Positions 39,553 to 49,456 are shown, counted from the first letter of the stretch. The stretch: 64,000 nucleotides of DNA from Turneriella sp. (GCA_965279515.1 CBDIID010000003.1:2880001-2944000); one strand, 5' to 3'. A program made the numbers and translations. The notes: generated from the sequence alone by a model not told the origin.

Positions 39553-39684
39553 CGGGTCAAAAAAGGGATTTCAGATACACCGTCGAGCAAAATGCACAGG
39601 TCAGGACAAAGCCCGGAGACAGTGCCATAACCTGCCATGCCCTGTCATGCGAAAAGTATTATGTCGCATCAGGGCGGGAAATCC

Positions 39685-41766
39685 TCAGATTTCGAATAAC
39701 CCGTACTGTTGGATCTTTTTGTCGAGCGTGACGCGGTTTAAACCCAGCGCTTCGGCGGTTTTACGCTTATTGAACTGGTTTTGGTTGAGTAAGATGCGGA
39801 TGACCTCTTTTTCAATGTTGCCCACGACCGACTCAAAGACCTCGCCCGAAGGGGTTTTGGCAATCTCTTCTTTCAGGTAGCCGCGCAATTCGAATGCCGC
39901 AGCGCCGCCGGGCGCCAGGGCGACTTCGGCTGTGACCACTGGCACGGCGTCGCCCAGCTGGATATCCACTGCGTCGACCTCGTTTTTGCTGTTGAGCACG
40001 ACCGCACGCTCCAGAATATTCTCGAGTTCGCGGATGTTCCCCGGAAAAGAATAGGTCTGCAATTTCGCGAAGGCGGCCTGCGTGAGGCCGGTGATCTTCT
40101 TGTGGTTGCGCTCACAGATTTTTTCGAGCAGATGCTGAATCAAAATCGCCAGGTCAGAGATACGTTCGCGCAGCGGCGGTATCGAAAGGCGCACCACGTT
40201 CAGGCGGTAGAAGAGGTCTTCGCGGAAGGTTTTCTCTTTCACAGCATTCTCGAGGTTGGCGTTCGTGGCCGCGATAATGCGGACATCCACCTTGATGACC
40301 TTGTTGCTGCCCAGGGGTGAAAATTCCTTTTCCTGTAATACGCGCAGCAACTTTGCCTGCAGTTTCAGATCGAGCTCGCCGATTTCGTCGAGGAACAGCG
40401 TACCTTTGTGTGCGGAAAGCACCTTGCCCTTGTAATCGTCAACGGCACCGGTAAATGCGCCCCGGGCATAGCCGAAAAGCTCGCTTTCGAGAAGATCCGC
40501 CGGTATTGCCGCACAGTTAATTTTCACCAGCGTATTCGCCGAACGCATGCTGTTCTGGTGTAGTGCGCTGGCAATGAGTTCCTTTCCCGTACCGGATTCG
40601 CCGGTAATCAGAACGGCACTCGCCGAGTCGGCAGCCATCTTCATACGCGCGAATAATTCCGTCATGCGGGGGTGGGCGCCGATGATGTTTTCGTATTCAA
40701 AGGTATTCTTGAGCTGGCGGCGCAAAATGATGTTTTCTTCTTTAACTTCGCGTGAACTCTGCTGCACCAATTTTTCAATCTGTAAGGCCTGGCCGAACAG
40801 CGATGAAAGTATCTGAGCAAGAAAAGCGTGGTCTTCGAATTTTGATTGCGACTGGAACTTAATTTCGGTATTAAAAACGCCGCGCGGCTCTCCGCCCTCA
40901 AAAAACGGCGCCGCGAAAAAGCTCACGATCTCTTCGTCTTCACGTTGGTGTCCGGTCTTATTGAGGAATTGATTGTCCTGGGAAATGTCGGCGACAGAAA
41001 TTGCCTTGCGGGCCTTAAAGGCCTTGCCGGTCACACCTTCGCCGGGAGAATAACGGCCCTTCGCGATTTCCTCCGAACTGTAGTTTAGCGAAGCCGCGAC
41101 CGACAAATCGTTGGTCACGGAATCATAGAGGTAGATCGCCGCGCGCCGCACGCCCAGCTTATCTGCTAAAATGCGGATGACTTCTTCGAAGAAAAGTTTT
41201 ACATCCGCATACTTGCCCAACACCCCGCTGATTTGGAGTAATACTTCCTGTAAGTGTGTCCGGTGGCTCAATGACTCGACCGAAGTCGTTGTGGTAAAAA
41301 TCTGCGCCGCGTATTCGGCCAGCATCTGCAGGTACTCTTCGTGGTCGGCGTTAAAAGCCTCGAGCCTTTTCGAATCGACCGAAATCACACCGAAGTTCTT
41401 ATTGCCGACCTTCAAAGGTACGGCCAGCTCAGAGCGGATGTCTTGCCGCACGGCGATGTAGTATTTATCCTGGGAGGTATCTCCCACATTGCGCAGCTTG
41501 CCTGTCACAATACAACGCCCCGTGACACCCTCACCGATCTTCAGTTTCACCGTTTTCGGGACGTCTTGCTCAAACCCGCGGAATGCCTTGATTTCGAGAA
41601 ACTTGCGCGATTCGTCCAAAATCGAGATCGTGCCGGAATCGGCCCCCGTAAATTCTACTGCCCTATCCAGAAGAGCGCTCAGGAGCTTGTCAGTGGAGTC
41701 CTGTGTTAGTAAAGAAAGCGTTACCTCATGCAGGGCAACCAAAGGGTTTGTAAAAGCATTTTGCAC
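39685..41766 (-). CDS. Sigma54-dependent activator with two GAF domains (NifA/FhlA-like)
   Basis: GESGTGKE, ESELFG, GAFTGA, FLDEIGE, FPGNIREL, C-terminal HTH; GTG start 41766 assumed. Confidence 0.93.
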   Translation of the reverse strand: MQNAFTNPLVALHEVTLSLLTQDSTDKLLSALLDRAVEFTGADSGTISILDESRKFLEIKAFRGFEQDVPKTVKLKIGEGVTGRCIVTGKLRNVGDTSQDKYYIAVRQDIRSELAVPLKVGNKNFGVISVDSKRLEAFNADHEEYLQMLAEYAAQIFTTTTSVESLSHRTHLQEVLLQISGVLGKYADVKLFFEEVIRILADKLGVRRAAIYLYDSVTNDLSVAASLNYSSEEIAKGRYSPGEGVTGKAFKARKAISVADISQDNQFLNKTGHQREDEEIVSFFAAPFFEGGEPRGVFNTEIKFQSQSKFEDHAFLAQILSSLFGQALQIEKLVQQSSREVKEENIILRRQLKNTFEYENIIGAHPRMTELFARMKMAADSASAVLITGESGTGKELIASALHQNSMRSANTLVKINCAAIPADLLESELFGYARGAFTGAVDDYKGKVLSAHKGTLFLDEIGELDLKLQAKLLRVLQEKEFSPLGSNKVIKVDVRIIAATNANLENAVKEKTFREDLFYRLNVVRLSIPPLRERISDLAILIQHLLEKICERNHKKITGLTQAAFAKLQTYSFPGNIRELENILERAVVLNSKNEVDAVDIQLGDAVPVVTAEVALAPGGAAAFELRGYLKEEIAKTPSGEVFESVVGNIEKEVIRILLNQNQFNKRKTAEALGLNRVTLDKKIQQYGLFEI

Positions 41767-41882
41767 CGCCCAGTGTCTGATTTTTAGACAAGTTGAAAAG
41801 AAAAGTAGCAAAAGGTGTATTGTCTGAACTTTCAGGTTTCGCGTGAGAAAATTTAGCCGTTTTTGGGTATTTCTATGGTAAG

Positions 41883-42440
41883 ATGCAACATATTGATATC
41901 AGTCCGATTCGTTACACGTCGGTGACCATTAGAAAGAATATACGACTCTCCTTAAGGAAGGCGGTTTCCACGCTTGGCCAACATGATTTGCGTTTTTCAG
42001 AGCAACGCTTGATGCGCGAGTGTCTGCGCCTTGCTCTCCGCTTGTGGCGTGGCCGAAAAGAAAAGGCGCGCCGCAACAGGCGATACAACCGCAAATCCGG
42101 GGTATATGAAATCGTGCCCTTTTACACAACCGAAGCCCTGCGATCCGTAGCTTGGCTGCGCTGTCATCATTCGGGTATTTCGCTCTCGCGCCTCATGGAT
42201 TTCGCCGTGCGCCATTATTTAGAGCGGGTGGTGGAGCGTTGGCTAAGTATTGACTATGAGGGGCGTAGCCCAGACGATGTTGAATTCTGGAAGTCGAAAT
42301 ACGAAAAAAGAAGAGTCATAGCCAATTTCATTATTAGCTATGACAATCTTACGCCGAGAAACGATGCAACAGTCCTTGCTTTCGAGGAGAAATTAGAATT
42401 CGAGCCTTGGCCACCACCTCAAACGCAATTTACCCTCTGA
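41883..42440 (+). CDS. Hypothetical protein, possible ribbon-helix-helix DNA binder
   Basis: Basic; GISLSRLMDFAVRHYL resembles RHH helix B. Confidence 0.5.
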   Translation: MQHIDISPIRYTSVTIRKNIRLSLRKAVSTLGQHDLRFSEQRLMRECLRLALRLWRGRKEKARRNRRYNRKSGVYEIVPFYTTEALRSVAWLRCHHSGISLSRLMDFAVRHYLERVVERWLSIDYEGRSPDDVEFWKSKYEKRRVIANFIISYDNLTPRNDATVLAFEEKLEFEPWPPPQTQFTL

Positions 42441-42566
42441 ATTTAATACATTCTTGCCTTAAAAATCTCAGCACATCGCGCGGAAGGGAAAGTCACGGCC
42501 GATTGCCACTGCTTCTGTTAAAAACTATTTACACCCGCCCGCGGCCTCCTGAGCTAATTCGTCCCG

Positions 42567-43373
42567 GTGAAATCCTTCCTTCTGCTATGCTTCTCTCTTT
42601 TGCTTTCTTCAATAAATTGTCAAAGCACGCCCAAAAAAGCTGCATCTGAATCATCCGTCTCCACGGCTAACGATTCGGGAGGTGATGCCAAAGCTATCGC
42701 ACGAAATGCGGATGATCCCGATGGAGAGTCTGACATGCCGATTTCAGATCCTTTAGAAGGATACAATCGCAAGATTCATGGTTTTAACGATTTCTTTTTC
42801 CATTATTGCCTGTATCCGCTGGCATCCGGATGGAATTTTATCACCCCGAAATTTCTGCGCATTGGCCTGGACAATTTTATCACATGGGCTTATACTCCTG
42901 GCAGACTGATAAACAATTTATTGCAGGCCAAGTTTAAAGGCGCCGGACGTGAGCTTGCATCTTTTTCCATTAACGCGACCTTAGGTGGATTGGGTGTCTA
43001 TGATGCGGCTCAGGATATTTTCTCCCTGGAGAAAACCAACGAAGACGTGGATCAGACTTTGGGTAAATGGGGTATTGGCGAGGGGGCTTACATTGTCTGG
43101 CCGTTCATAGGGCCCAGAACCGTGCGAGGAACCTTTGGTTTTGCAGGAGATGTTTCACTACAACCGCAGATGGTTATCGTCCCTGTCTATATTAAACCCG
43201 AGACTATTTGGGCGCAGGCGGCGATTACCGCTGGCACATATTCCGTCCGGGCGATCAATAGCACTTCGCTGGATCCTGATGAGTATGACAACTTTATGAA
43301 AGACTCGATAGATCCGTACAGCTTCATCCGCGATATTTATTTACAGAATACGCGTAAGAAAGTAGCCGACTAA
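42567..43373 (+). CDS. mlaA: MlaA/VacJ lipoprotein
   Basis: DPLEGYNR, INATLGGLG, EDVDQTLG.WG, PFIGP.TVR, DPYSFIRDIY. Confidence 0.92.
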   Translation: MKSFLLLCFSLLLSSINCQSTPKKAASESSVSTANDSGGDAKAIARNADDPDGESDMPISDPLEGYNRKIHGFNDFFFHYCLYPLASGWNFITPKFLRIGLDNFITWAYTPGRLINNLLQAKFKGAGRELASFSINATLGGLGVYDAAQDIFSLEKTNEDVDQTLGKWGIGEGAYIVWPFIGPRTVRGTFGFAGDVSLQPQMVIVPVYIKPETIWAQAAITAGTYSVRAINSTSLDPDEYDNFMKDSIDPYSFIRDIYLQNTRKKVAD

Positions 43374-43958
43374 ATGCTAAAGTTCTCAAGAGCGGGCTTG
43401 GTTTTCGCTCTCATAACAATTCTGACAAACTCCCTCTGGCCGGCATCGCCTCAAGAGGATTTAAAAAAAGCGGTGACTTCGGTTCTCAAAATTCTCGACA
43501 GCAAAAAATCCCGTAAGGAAAAACGCTCAGCGATTTCCGAAATCTACAATGCGAATTTTGACACGGAGAAGCTCGGTTCAAATACGCTCAAGAGCGATTT
43601 CAAAGACCTCTCTGATGCGCAAAAAAGTGACTTCAGTGATAAATTTGCGAAGTTCGTTCTGGAGTTTTATCTCGACAAGCTGGACAAATACGACCGAAAT
43701 AAAATAGAATTTGTCGGGGAAGACATAAAGGGTTCGCGGGCGACTGTAATGACACTCCTGGAATACCAGGGCAAAATGGCGAAAGTCAATTACTCGATGA
43801 TTCAGAAAGGGGATCGCTGGCTGGTTTACGATTTTGAAGTTGAAGGTGTGCGGCTTTCCAGCACTTACCGGTCACAGTTCGCAAAAGTGCTCAAAGAAAA
43901 AGGGTTTGATGGACTGATGGCCGAATTGAATAAGCTTTTGTCTAAATATAAAAAGTAA
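43374..43958 (+). CDS. mlaC: MlaC/Ttg2D phospholipid-binding protein
   Basis: WLVYDFEVEGVRLSSTYRSQF. Confidence 0.85.
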   Translation: MLKFSRAGLVFALITILTNSLWPASPQEDLKKAVTSVLKILDSKKSRKEKRSAISEIYNANFDTEKLGSNTLKSDFKDLSDAQKSDFSDKFAKFVLEFYLDKLDKYDRNKIEFVGEDIKGSRATVMTLLEYQGKMAKVNYSMIQKGDRWLVYDFEVEGVRLSSTYRSQFAKVLKEKGFDGLMAELNKLLSKYKK

Positions 43959-44013
43959 ATCTTGCCCCGGCGCACAGCGGCGCTAAAATATTTTGGTGTA
44001 GTCTGGAGGGAAA

Positions 44014-44595
44014 ATGGATGTTTTTTCACGCGATACCTATTTCGCAAAAATGAAATTTTTTAAGTTATTTGGAAATGCGATCCGCATTTTCGATGAAAGC
44101 AAAGAAAACTTACTGCTTTATGTAAAACAAAAGGCTTTTAAACTCAAAGAAGATATTACTATCTTCGCCGATGAGCAGGAAACCAAACCGATTCTGAAAA
44201 TCAACGCCCGCAGTATTCTGGATTTTAGTGCAGCGTATGACGTGACAGATGTGGCGACTGGCGAGAAACTGGGTGTCTTACGCCGCAAAGGTATGATGTC
44301 GTCGTTTGTAATGGATGCCTGGGAGATTCTCGACAAAAATGATGCAGTTATCGGAAAGATCCAGGAAGACAGCTGGATGATGGCCCTTGTGCGCCGTTAT
44401 TTGGCCAATATCATTCCACAGAAATTCAACATTTCGATTGGCGAGCAGCCTGTTGGAACTGCCAAACAGACCTGGAATCCGTTTCTGCCGCAGATGCGTG
44501 TGGATTTCAGCATCGACACGGGAAAAAAACTCGATCGCCGCCTGGGCCTCGCTGCCATAGTACTGTTACAGGTTATCGAAGGAAAGCAAAAGTAA
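44014..44595 (+). CDS. LURP-one/scramblase-like protein
   Basis: KQKAFKLKEDI, ILDFSAAYDV, LDRRLGLA. Confidence 0.65.
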   Translation: MDVFSRDTYFAKMKFFKLFGNAIRIFDESKENLLLYVKQKAFKLKEDITIFADEQETKPILKINARSILDFSAAYDVTDVATGEKLGVLRRKGMMSSFVMDAWEILDKNDAVIGKIQEDSWMMALVRRYLANIIPQKFNISIGEQPVGTAKQTWNPFLPQMRVDFSIDTGKKLDRRLGLAAIVLLQVIEGKQK

Positions 44596-44629
44596 ATGAT
44601 AGCTGGTGCGGGTTAGTACCGCACGACTC

Positions 44630-44962
44630 TTAATCCATATCGCCGGGACGTGGCTTTGTATACTGGCCAACCAGGCCGGTTTCCAGCATTTGCAGAAGAG
44701 CTTGGGTGCGTTTTTCAATCTGCTGGGCATCTGCAGGAGAAACCTGGATCCCGCGTTTGGCCTGAAAGAGTTCATCCGCAAGATTTAAAGCCGTCAAAAG
44801 CAGCATTTTGGTCAGATCGCTGGAGGTCAGCCTTTTCATCTCGATGATCTTGCTGTTGACGTACCCGGCGACCTGCGCCATATATTCGGGGTCCGCGTCA
44901 CCCCGGATGGTGAAGGTCTTTCCCATGAGTTCAACGTTAACACGGCGCTCAGGTTCACTCAT
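44630..44962 (-). CDS. zapA: Cell division protein ZapA
   Basis: VELMGKTFTI...VAGYVNSKI...LTALNLADELF. Confidence 0.88.
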   Translation of the reverse strand: MSEPERRVNVELMGKTFTIRGDADPEYMAQVAGYVNSKIIEMKRLTSSDLTKMLLLTALNLADELFQAKRGIQVSPADAQQIEKRTQALLQMLETGLVGQYTKPRPGDMD

Positions 44963-44963
44963 A

Positions 44964-45620
44964 TTAGTCCTTAACCGTCCAGCTTCCGTCGTCGGCCTGT
45001 ACCACTTCGCCCTTCAGTGCTGCTTGCTGATACTTTTCTTTTTGTGAGGCGAGTACTTCTTTTTCCGTGGCTTTAAAGGCCTTGTTGGCGCGCTTCTGGT
45101 TCTGCACATAACCCCGCGCTGCCAGGGTACGCGCCTCATTAATTTCCTTAACGGTTTGCGTCAGCGTCCGGTAAGGTCTGCCTAATTCCGGTTCGTCTGC
45201 CTTTTCGGCAGAATATTTTTTTCGCATCTCTTCAGGAATATCTGCTTTTTCCAGAAGAAGATTGGATACATAACCTTTGTTGTTCTCGCCGACGACACGA
45301 TCTTTTTTCAGTTGCGTGAGGTGGCCCGAAAATAATTCAAATTTCAGAAACGCGCGGTAGGTATGCGAGTTTTCCTGTTCTATGCTACGACGAACTTCTT
45401 TCGGCTTGTTGTCGAGTTCTGCATGTTCCGCCGTTTTTGCTGACGAAATCATCCATACGTCTTTCTCAAGCTCGGTCTGTTCGCCGATGATTTGTTTTTC
45501 GATCGCCGTTTTCTGACCCGTGATGGTCACGGGGGGCACCACAATTGTGCCGAAACAACGCACGCAGATCGATCCGGCCAGCAGAATAAAGGCGGAGCGA
45601 CTGCATGCGGAAATGGGCAT
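44964..45620 (-). CDS. DUF1318 (YdbL)-like lipoprotein
   Basis: TAIEKQIIG, VGENNKGY, GEVVQADDGSW. Confidence 0.65.
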   Translation of the reverse strand: MPISACSRSAFILLAGSICVRCFGTIVVPPVTITGQKTAIEKQIIGEQTELEKDVWMISSAKTAEHAELDNKPKEVRRSIEQENSHTYRAFLKFELFSGHLTQLKKDRVVGENNKGYVSNLLLEKADIPEEMRKKYSAEKADEPELGRPYRTLTQTVKEINEARTLAARGYVQNQKRANKAFKATEKEVLASQKEKYQQAALKGEVVQADDGSWTVKD

Positions 45621-46033
45621 TATTCTACGTCGAGTAACTCAACGTCAAAGATCAGATCTGCATTCGGTGGGATTGCCCCGCCCGCGCCGCGCGGTCCGTA
45701 ACCCAAGGCGGAGGGAATAAACAGCGTGCGCTTTTCCCCGACTTTCATGCCAGCAACGCCTTCATCCCAGCCGCGGATGACTGCGCCTTCGCCGAGGCCA
45801 AAAACGAATGGTTTGCCTCTATCTACAGAGGAGTCAAATTTCTTACCCTTTTTGCCATCCTGATTTAACCAGCCAGTATAATGGACCTGCACACGCTGAC
45901 CCGCCTGTGCGATTTTTCCCGTACCTTGTTTAAGAACTTCGTATTGCAAACCATCCCCCTTGCTGATGCGGCCTTTAGCAACCAGAAGGGCCGGCATCAT
46001 CAGCGCCGCCAGTATCAAAAATACTCGTTTCAT
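45620..46033 (-). CDS. FKBP-type peptidyl-prolyl isomerase
   Basis: VHYTGWL, FDSS, VIRGWDEG, IPPNADLIFDVEL. Confidence 0.95.
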   Translation of the reverse strand: MKRVFLILAALMMPALLVAKGRISKGDGLQYEVLKQGTGKIAQAGQRVQVHYTGWLNQDGKKGKKFDSSVDRGKPFVFGLGEGAVIRGWDEGVAGMKVGEKRTLFIPSALGYGPRGAGGAIPPNADLIFDVELLDVE

Positions 46034-46092
46034 GCGTTACCGACTAAAACTCGCGATGCGGTTGTCGAGTAGAAAAGGGGGATATCCGCCGC

Positions 46093-47193
46093 TTAGAGGG
46101 GGCTTTGGATTTTCTTCAATGACCGCTTTGCGACGCGTGTATAAGTCGTCGTGGTGCGGATATGTTCATGCCCCAGAAGTTGCTGAATATGGCGGATGTC
46201 TGTTCCGGCTTCAAGCAGGTGGGTCGCGAACGAATGACGGAAGCTATGCGCGGACGCACCGCGCCAGACACCCGCGGCCTTCAAGGCGCGGGCGACTACC
46301 TGTTGCAGCGTACGGATCGCCAGGGGGCGACCCGGTTTATGGCCTGAGTCGAACAGGAAATCTTGCCCGCGCTTTCCTTGTACGAGGGCCCTGAGCAGGG
46401 GTATTTGCCGTTCGGAAATAATGGTCAGACGATCTTTCTTGCCTTTGCCTTGCCGTATCATCAGCGCCGATTGCGGCAGGTCGATATCTGCGATGCGGAT
46501 TTTCACGACTTCAGAAACGCGCAGGCCCGAGGAATACATGAGCGAGACCATGAGCCAGTGCTTCTGGTTTTTGATCGAGTTCAGGGTCCTTTCAATTTCG
46601 GCCGCAGATAAGACGATGGGCAGAGGTTTTGCGCCCCGCATCGTGCGGATGAGTGTAAACTCACGCTTCTCGCCGTTGGTTTCACAGAAAAGCCGGAGTG
46701 CCGCGCGAAACCCGCGCAGGCCCTGGTTTGTAATCCCCGTTTCTTTGCGGTGTAGCATGTATGCCACAACCAGTTTTTCAGAAATTGCTACCGAAAGTTT
46801 CTCTCCCCGTCCCTTAAGCCACAGGTGGAAACCCACCATGGTGTGCCTGTAACTGCGCAATGTAGCGGCGGAGTAATTACGCAGCCGTAGAATATTTGCC
46901 AGATTCTGCAGTTGCACCCGCAACGCAGGTTCTGCCGATAGATCGGAGCGCTGGATTTTCGGCGGAGGGGGGCTCAGGTTCCTCAATTGGTCGCGGCGCG
47001 GCCGGACCAGCTGCCGGCCCTTTTGCGCTTGAACTTCCTTGCTGTGATATTCGTGGATTGCCTGAATCTCGGTCTCGCTGACGCCTCGCAAACTCTGCAG
47101 ATAGGCGCTGAGATCAGGCTTGGAGATGTGCGCTATCGTATTGCCAAAAACCGCTTCAATTTCCCTGATTATCCCCAGCGTCTCTGGAATCAC
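46093..47193 (-). CDS. Integron-integrase-like tyrosine recombinase lacking the IntI-specific insertion
   Basis: LRLRNYSAATLRSY (SAM_4-type N-domain), LPIVLS, YSSGLRVSE, GKGKKDR, HSFRHSFATHLLEAGTDIRHIQQLLGH, TTTTY; R-K-H-R-H-Y catalytic set intact. Confidence 0.9.
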   Translation of the reverse strand: MIPETLGIIREIEAVFGNTIAHISKPDLSAYLQSLRGVSETEIQAIHEYHSKEVQAQKGRQLVRPRRDQLRNLSPPPPKIQRSDLSAEPALRVQLQNLANILRLRNYSAATLRSYRHTMVGFHLWLKGRGEKLSVAISEKLVVAYMLHRKETGITNQGLRGFRAALRLFCETNGEKREFTLIRTMRGAKPLPIVLSAAEIERTLNSIKNQKHWLMVSLMYSSGLRVSEVVKIRIADIDLPQSALMIRQGKGKKDRLTIISERQIPLLRALVQGKRGQDFLFDSGHKPGRPLAIRTLQQVVARALKAAGVWRGASAHSFRHSFATHLLEAGTDIRHIQQLLGHEHIRTTTTYTRVAKRSLKKIQSPL

Positions 47194-47197
47194 AAAT

Positions 47198-47215
47198 ATA
47201 GAACAAAAATAGAAC
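47198..47215. promoter_or_regulatory. ATAGAAC direct repeat (GAAC-N7-GAAC) upstream of the recombinase
   Basis: ATAGAAC at 47198-47204 and 47209-47215, immediately before the GTG start. Confidence 0.45.
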
Positions 47216-47260
47216 TAACTCCTTGTAAAGTTTTTTCCGCGAATGCCGCCCGGCAAAATT

Positions 47261-48136
47261 TCAGGCGATAAATTTTTCGATCAGCTCGTTGACCAGTTGC
47301 GGATGCGAGCGCTGTACCCAGTGGTTGGCGTCGACATAATGCATCTCTGCATGCGGTGCAACGTCCAGTACGTTGGCATAGATCTGCGGAGTGATCGCGA
47401 GATCGTCATTCGGAATAATGACCTGCAGTTTGGTGTCAATCCTACTGGGTACCTCAATCCATTTACCCTGCAGCATTTCGCGGTAGAGATTGAGGGGATT
47501 GACGGCAAAGCCGGCGATGTCTTCGTTTGTGGCGTCGAGCATCGGGTCGTCTGCGGGGACTCCCCCCTGCATGACGGCGCGTGGCCAGATGAAGCTGCCA
47601 AAGTTCGTCAGCGCAAAATCGGGGATCACCGGCAGTTGAAAGAGATAGATATACCAGGACTTAGCCAACTGGTTCAGGGCCTCGAAAATTTTTGCAGGAT
47701 TTAAAGAAGAAAGATTTGCAAACAGATGCGCGCGTGCGAGGCCCGGGTGAGGGCCAGCAATCGAGGTGTAGGATGCGATCTGCGAGGCGTATTCGGGCCG
47801 CGCTGCAAAAACCCAGGAGATAATCGATCCCCAGTCATGCGCGACCAGGTGTGTTTTTTTACCACCCAGGGTTTTGATGGCGGCTGAGATCAGGGGCAGA
47901 ATGTTATCGATATGGTAACCCGAGCGTTCGGGCGGGGCGTCGGAGGCACCGACGCCGGGCAGGTCGAGAGCGCCGACGCGGTATTTCTGTGAGAAGTAAT
48001 CCATCTGGTGCGACCAGGTTTCATGCGAATCGGGCCAGCCGTGTATAAAGAGAATTGCCTCGCTGCTTTCAGGGCCGGCGACTTCCATGGCGAGGCGGCC
48101 AAACGAGGTGGGGATAGACACTGTTTCTGTTTTCAT
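47261..48136 (-). CDS. Alpha/beta hydrolase (epoxide hydrolase EphD-like)
   Basis: HGWPD, AHDWG, SWY, ANHWV. Confidence 0.9.
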   Translation of the reverse strand: MKTETVSIPTSFGRLAMEVAGPESSEAILFIHGWPDSHETWSHQMDYFSQKYRVGALDLPGVGASDAPPERSGYHIDNILPLISAAIKTLGGKKTHLVAHDWGSIISWVFAARPEYASQIASYTSIAGPHPGLARAHLFANLSSLNPAKIFEALNQLAKSWYIYLFQLPVIPDFALTNFGSFIWPRAVMQGGVPADDPMLDATNEDIAGFAVNPLNLYREMLQGKWIEVPSRIDTKLQVIIPNDDLAITPQIYANVLDVAPHAEMHYVDANHWVQRSHPQLVNELIEKFIA

Positions 48137-48195
48137 AATTCTTCGGGCGGATGGACCGCCGCGGAATCAGGTTGTCAACAAAAATGACGGTTTGT

Positions 48196-48609
48196 TCACT
48201 TTTGTGCGAAGGCGGTCATTCTTTCGAAGACCTCTGCGGGCCAGCGGGTCAGGCCGAACACAGGGAGCGTGACGAAGCCCAGGTGGAAATCCGACTCGCA
48301 GCGAAACTCGTCACCCGCGAAAGCCCGCATGCGCACGATCACGGTTTTTGCGGTGAGTCGCGCGACAGTCAGTTTAAAGTCGAGCACATCGCCGAGGCGC
48401 GAGGGGCGGGTGAAGCGCGCGGTGATGCGCATGGCGGGCGTGCCGCTTTGGGCGGGGCCGAGCATGTGGCTGAAGGAGTAGCCCAGTTCAGAGGCGAACC
48501 AGTCTTCGAGCATTTCGGTGAAGAGGTTGAAGTACTGGGGTGTGAAGACGATGCCACCGGCGTCGCAGTGTTGCAGGCGGATGGTTTTTTTGCGGGTGAA
48601 TTCTTTCAT
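48196..48609 (-). CDS. Acyl-CoA thioesterase (4HBT/hotdog fold)
   Basis: HCDAGGIVFTPQYF...PSRLGD. Confidence 0.88.
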   Translation of the reverse strand: MKEFTRKKTIRLQHCDAGGIVFTPQYFNLFTEMLEDWFASELGYSFSHMLGPAQSGTPAMRITARFTRPSRLGDVLDFKLTVARLTAKTVIVRMRAFAGDEFRCESDFHLGFVTLPVFGLTRWPAEVFERMTAFAQK

Positions 48610-48628
48610 GGGGTGGGGGGTGAAACCG

Positions 48629-49090
48629 TTATTCAGGTTTGGGACTATCATGTTCGCACTGGAGAAGTAAATCTGGCATCTTATCGTAGGGTATACTTAC
48701 AAACTTTACAGTTTCTTTGACTTTATAATCTGTTCGGAGCATCTTCAGGAGTTTTTCCTCAAAAGGTTTATGGTAGTCAACAGCCCCTATCCTGACATCG
48801 TGAATGATTTCCAGGTTCAAAACCTGATTTCTCTCCTGATTTATCGATATGGTAAAATAATGGTATGGATCGCCCATGTAGCACAAATAAACCGATAAAT
48901 TGCAGCGGCAATTCTCATCGGGATTGAGTTCATTTTCCTGCGCTATCTTATCTATTGCGGCTTTCAGTCTTTCCGCATTCCCCTTGAATTTTGCATTCTC
49001 TGTACTTAATTGAAAGGTTGCTGAGCCGCCACAAGAAGCCGCCAATATTGTGAAGTTTAGCATAAGCAGAAAATTACAAATTGGTTTCAT
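48629..49090 (-). CDS. Hypothetical lipoprotein (AT-rich)
   Basis: ILAASC lipobox; no family recognised. Confidence 0.65.
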   Translation of the reverse strand: MKPICNFLLMLNFTILAASCGGSATFQLSTENAKFKGNAERLKAAIDKIAQENELNPDENCRCNLSVYLCYMGDPYHYFTISINQERNQVLNLEIIHDVRIGAVDYHKPFEEKLLKMLRTDYKVKETVKFVSIPYDKMPDLLLQCEHDSPKPE

Positions 49091-49202
49091 TTTGCGTCAC
49101 TCAATCTATCCGCAGCGCCTCGCGGGAAAGCATAAAACAAGCGATCGTCGGCGCTTTGCCCTCGATCTTCTGGCGCGCAGCTTGTAAATCTCGTTCTCTA
49201 AC
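49091..49202 (-). repeat. attC-like element E5 directly before the lipoprotein start
   Basis: Minus strand AGAGAAC-GAGAT-TTAC...GCGCGCC / GGCGCTGC...GTGACGCAAA-ATG; arms resemble E1/E2. Confidence 0.4.
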
Positions 49203-49456
49203 TTGGCTGTGCGTGTGAGCCTAGGCATCCTTGCCCGGGCAATATTTAAAACTGCGATTTTGGCAATGGAGCTCGAGTTGACGCGTTTGATCTTTGGCAA
49301 AATTCGAGGAACTCCTTAATGTTTCCTCGGTCGGTCAGACGATGATCATAGTATGGATCTTCATCTTAATTCGAATCGAAAAGCGGGTCGAAATGCCCGA
49401 TGTTTTTTGCTATTCAAAGTGTAGCATCAATGACAACCATCAGACCTTCCTAGAGC

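Noticed and set aside
44566..44630. 6S RNA downstream of zapA
   Set aside because: Only ~35 bp separate zapA from the convergent gene, too little room
46077..46090. GGGGGATATCCGCC near-palindrome after the recombinase stop as an attI site
   Set aside because: Too short, and followed directly by housekeeping genes rather than cassettes
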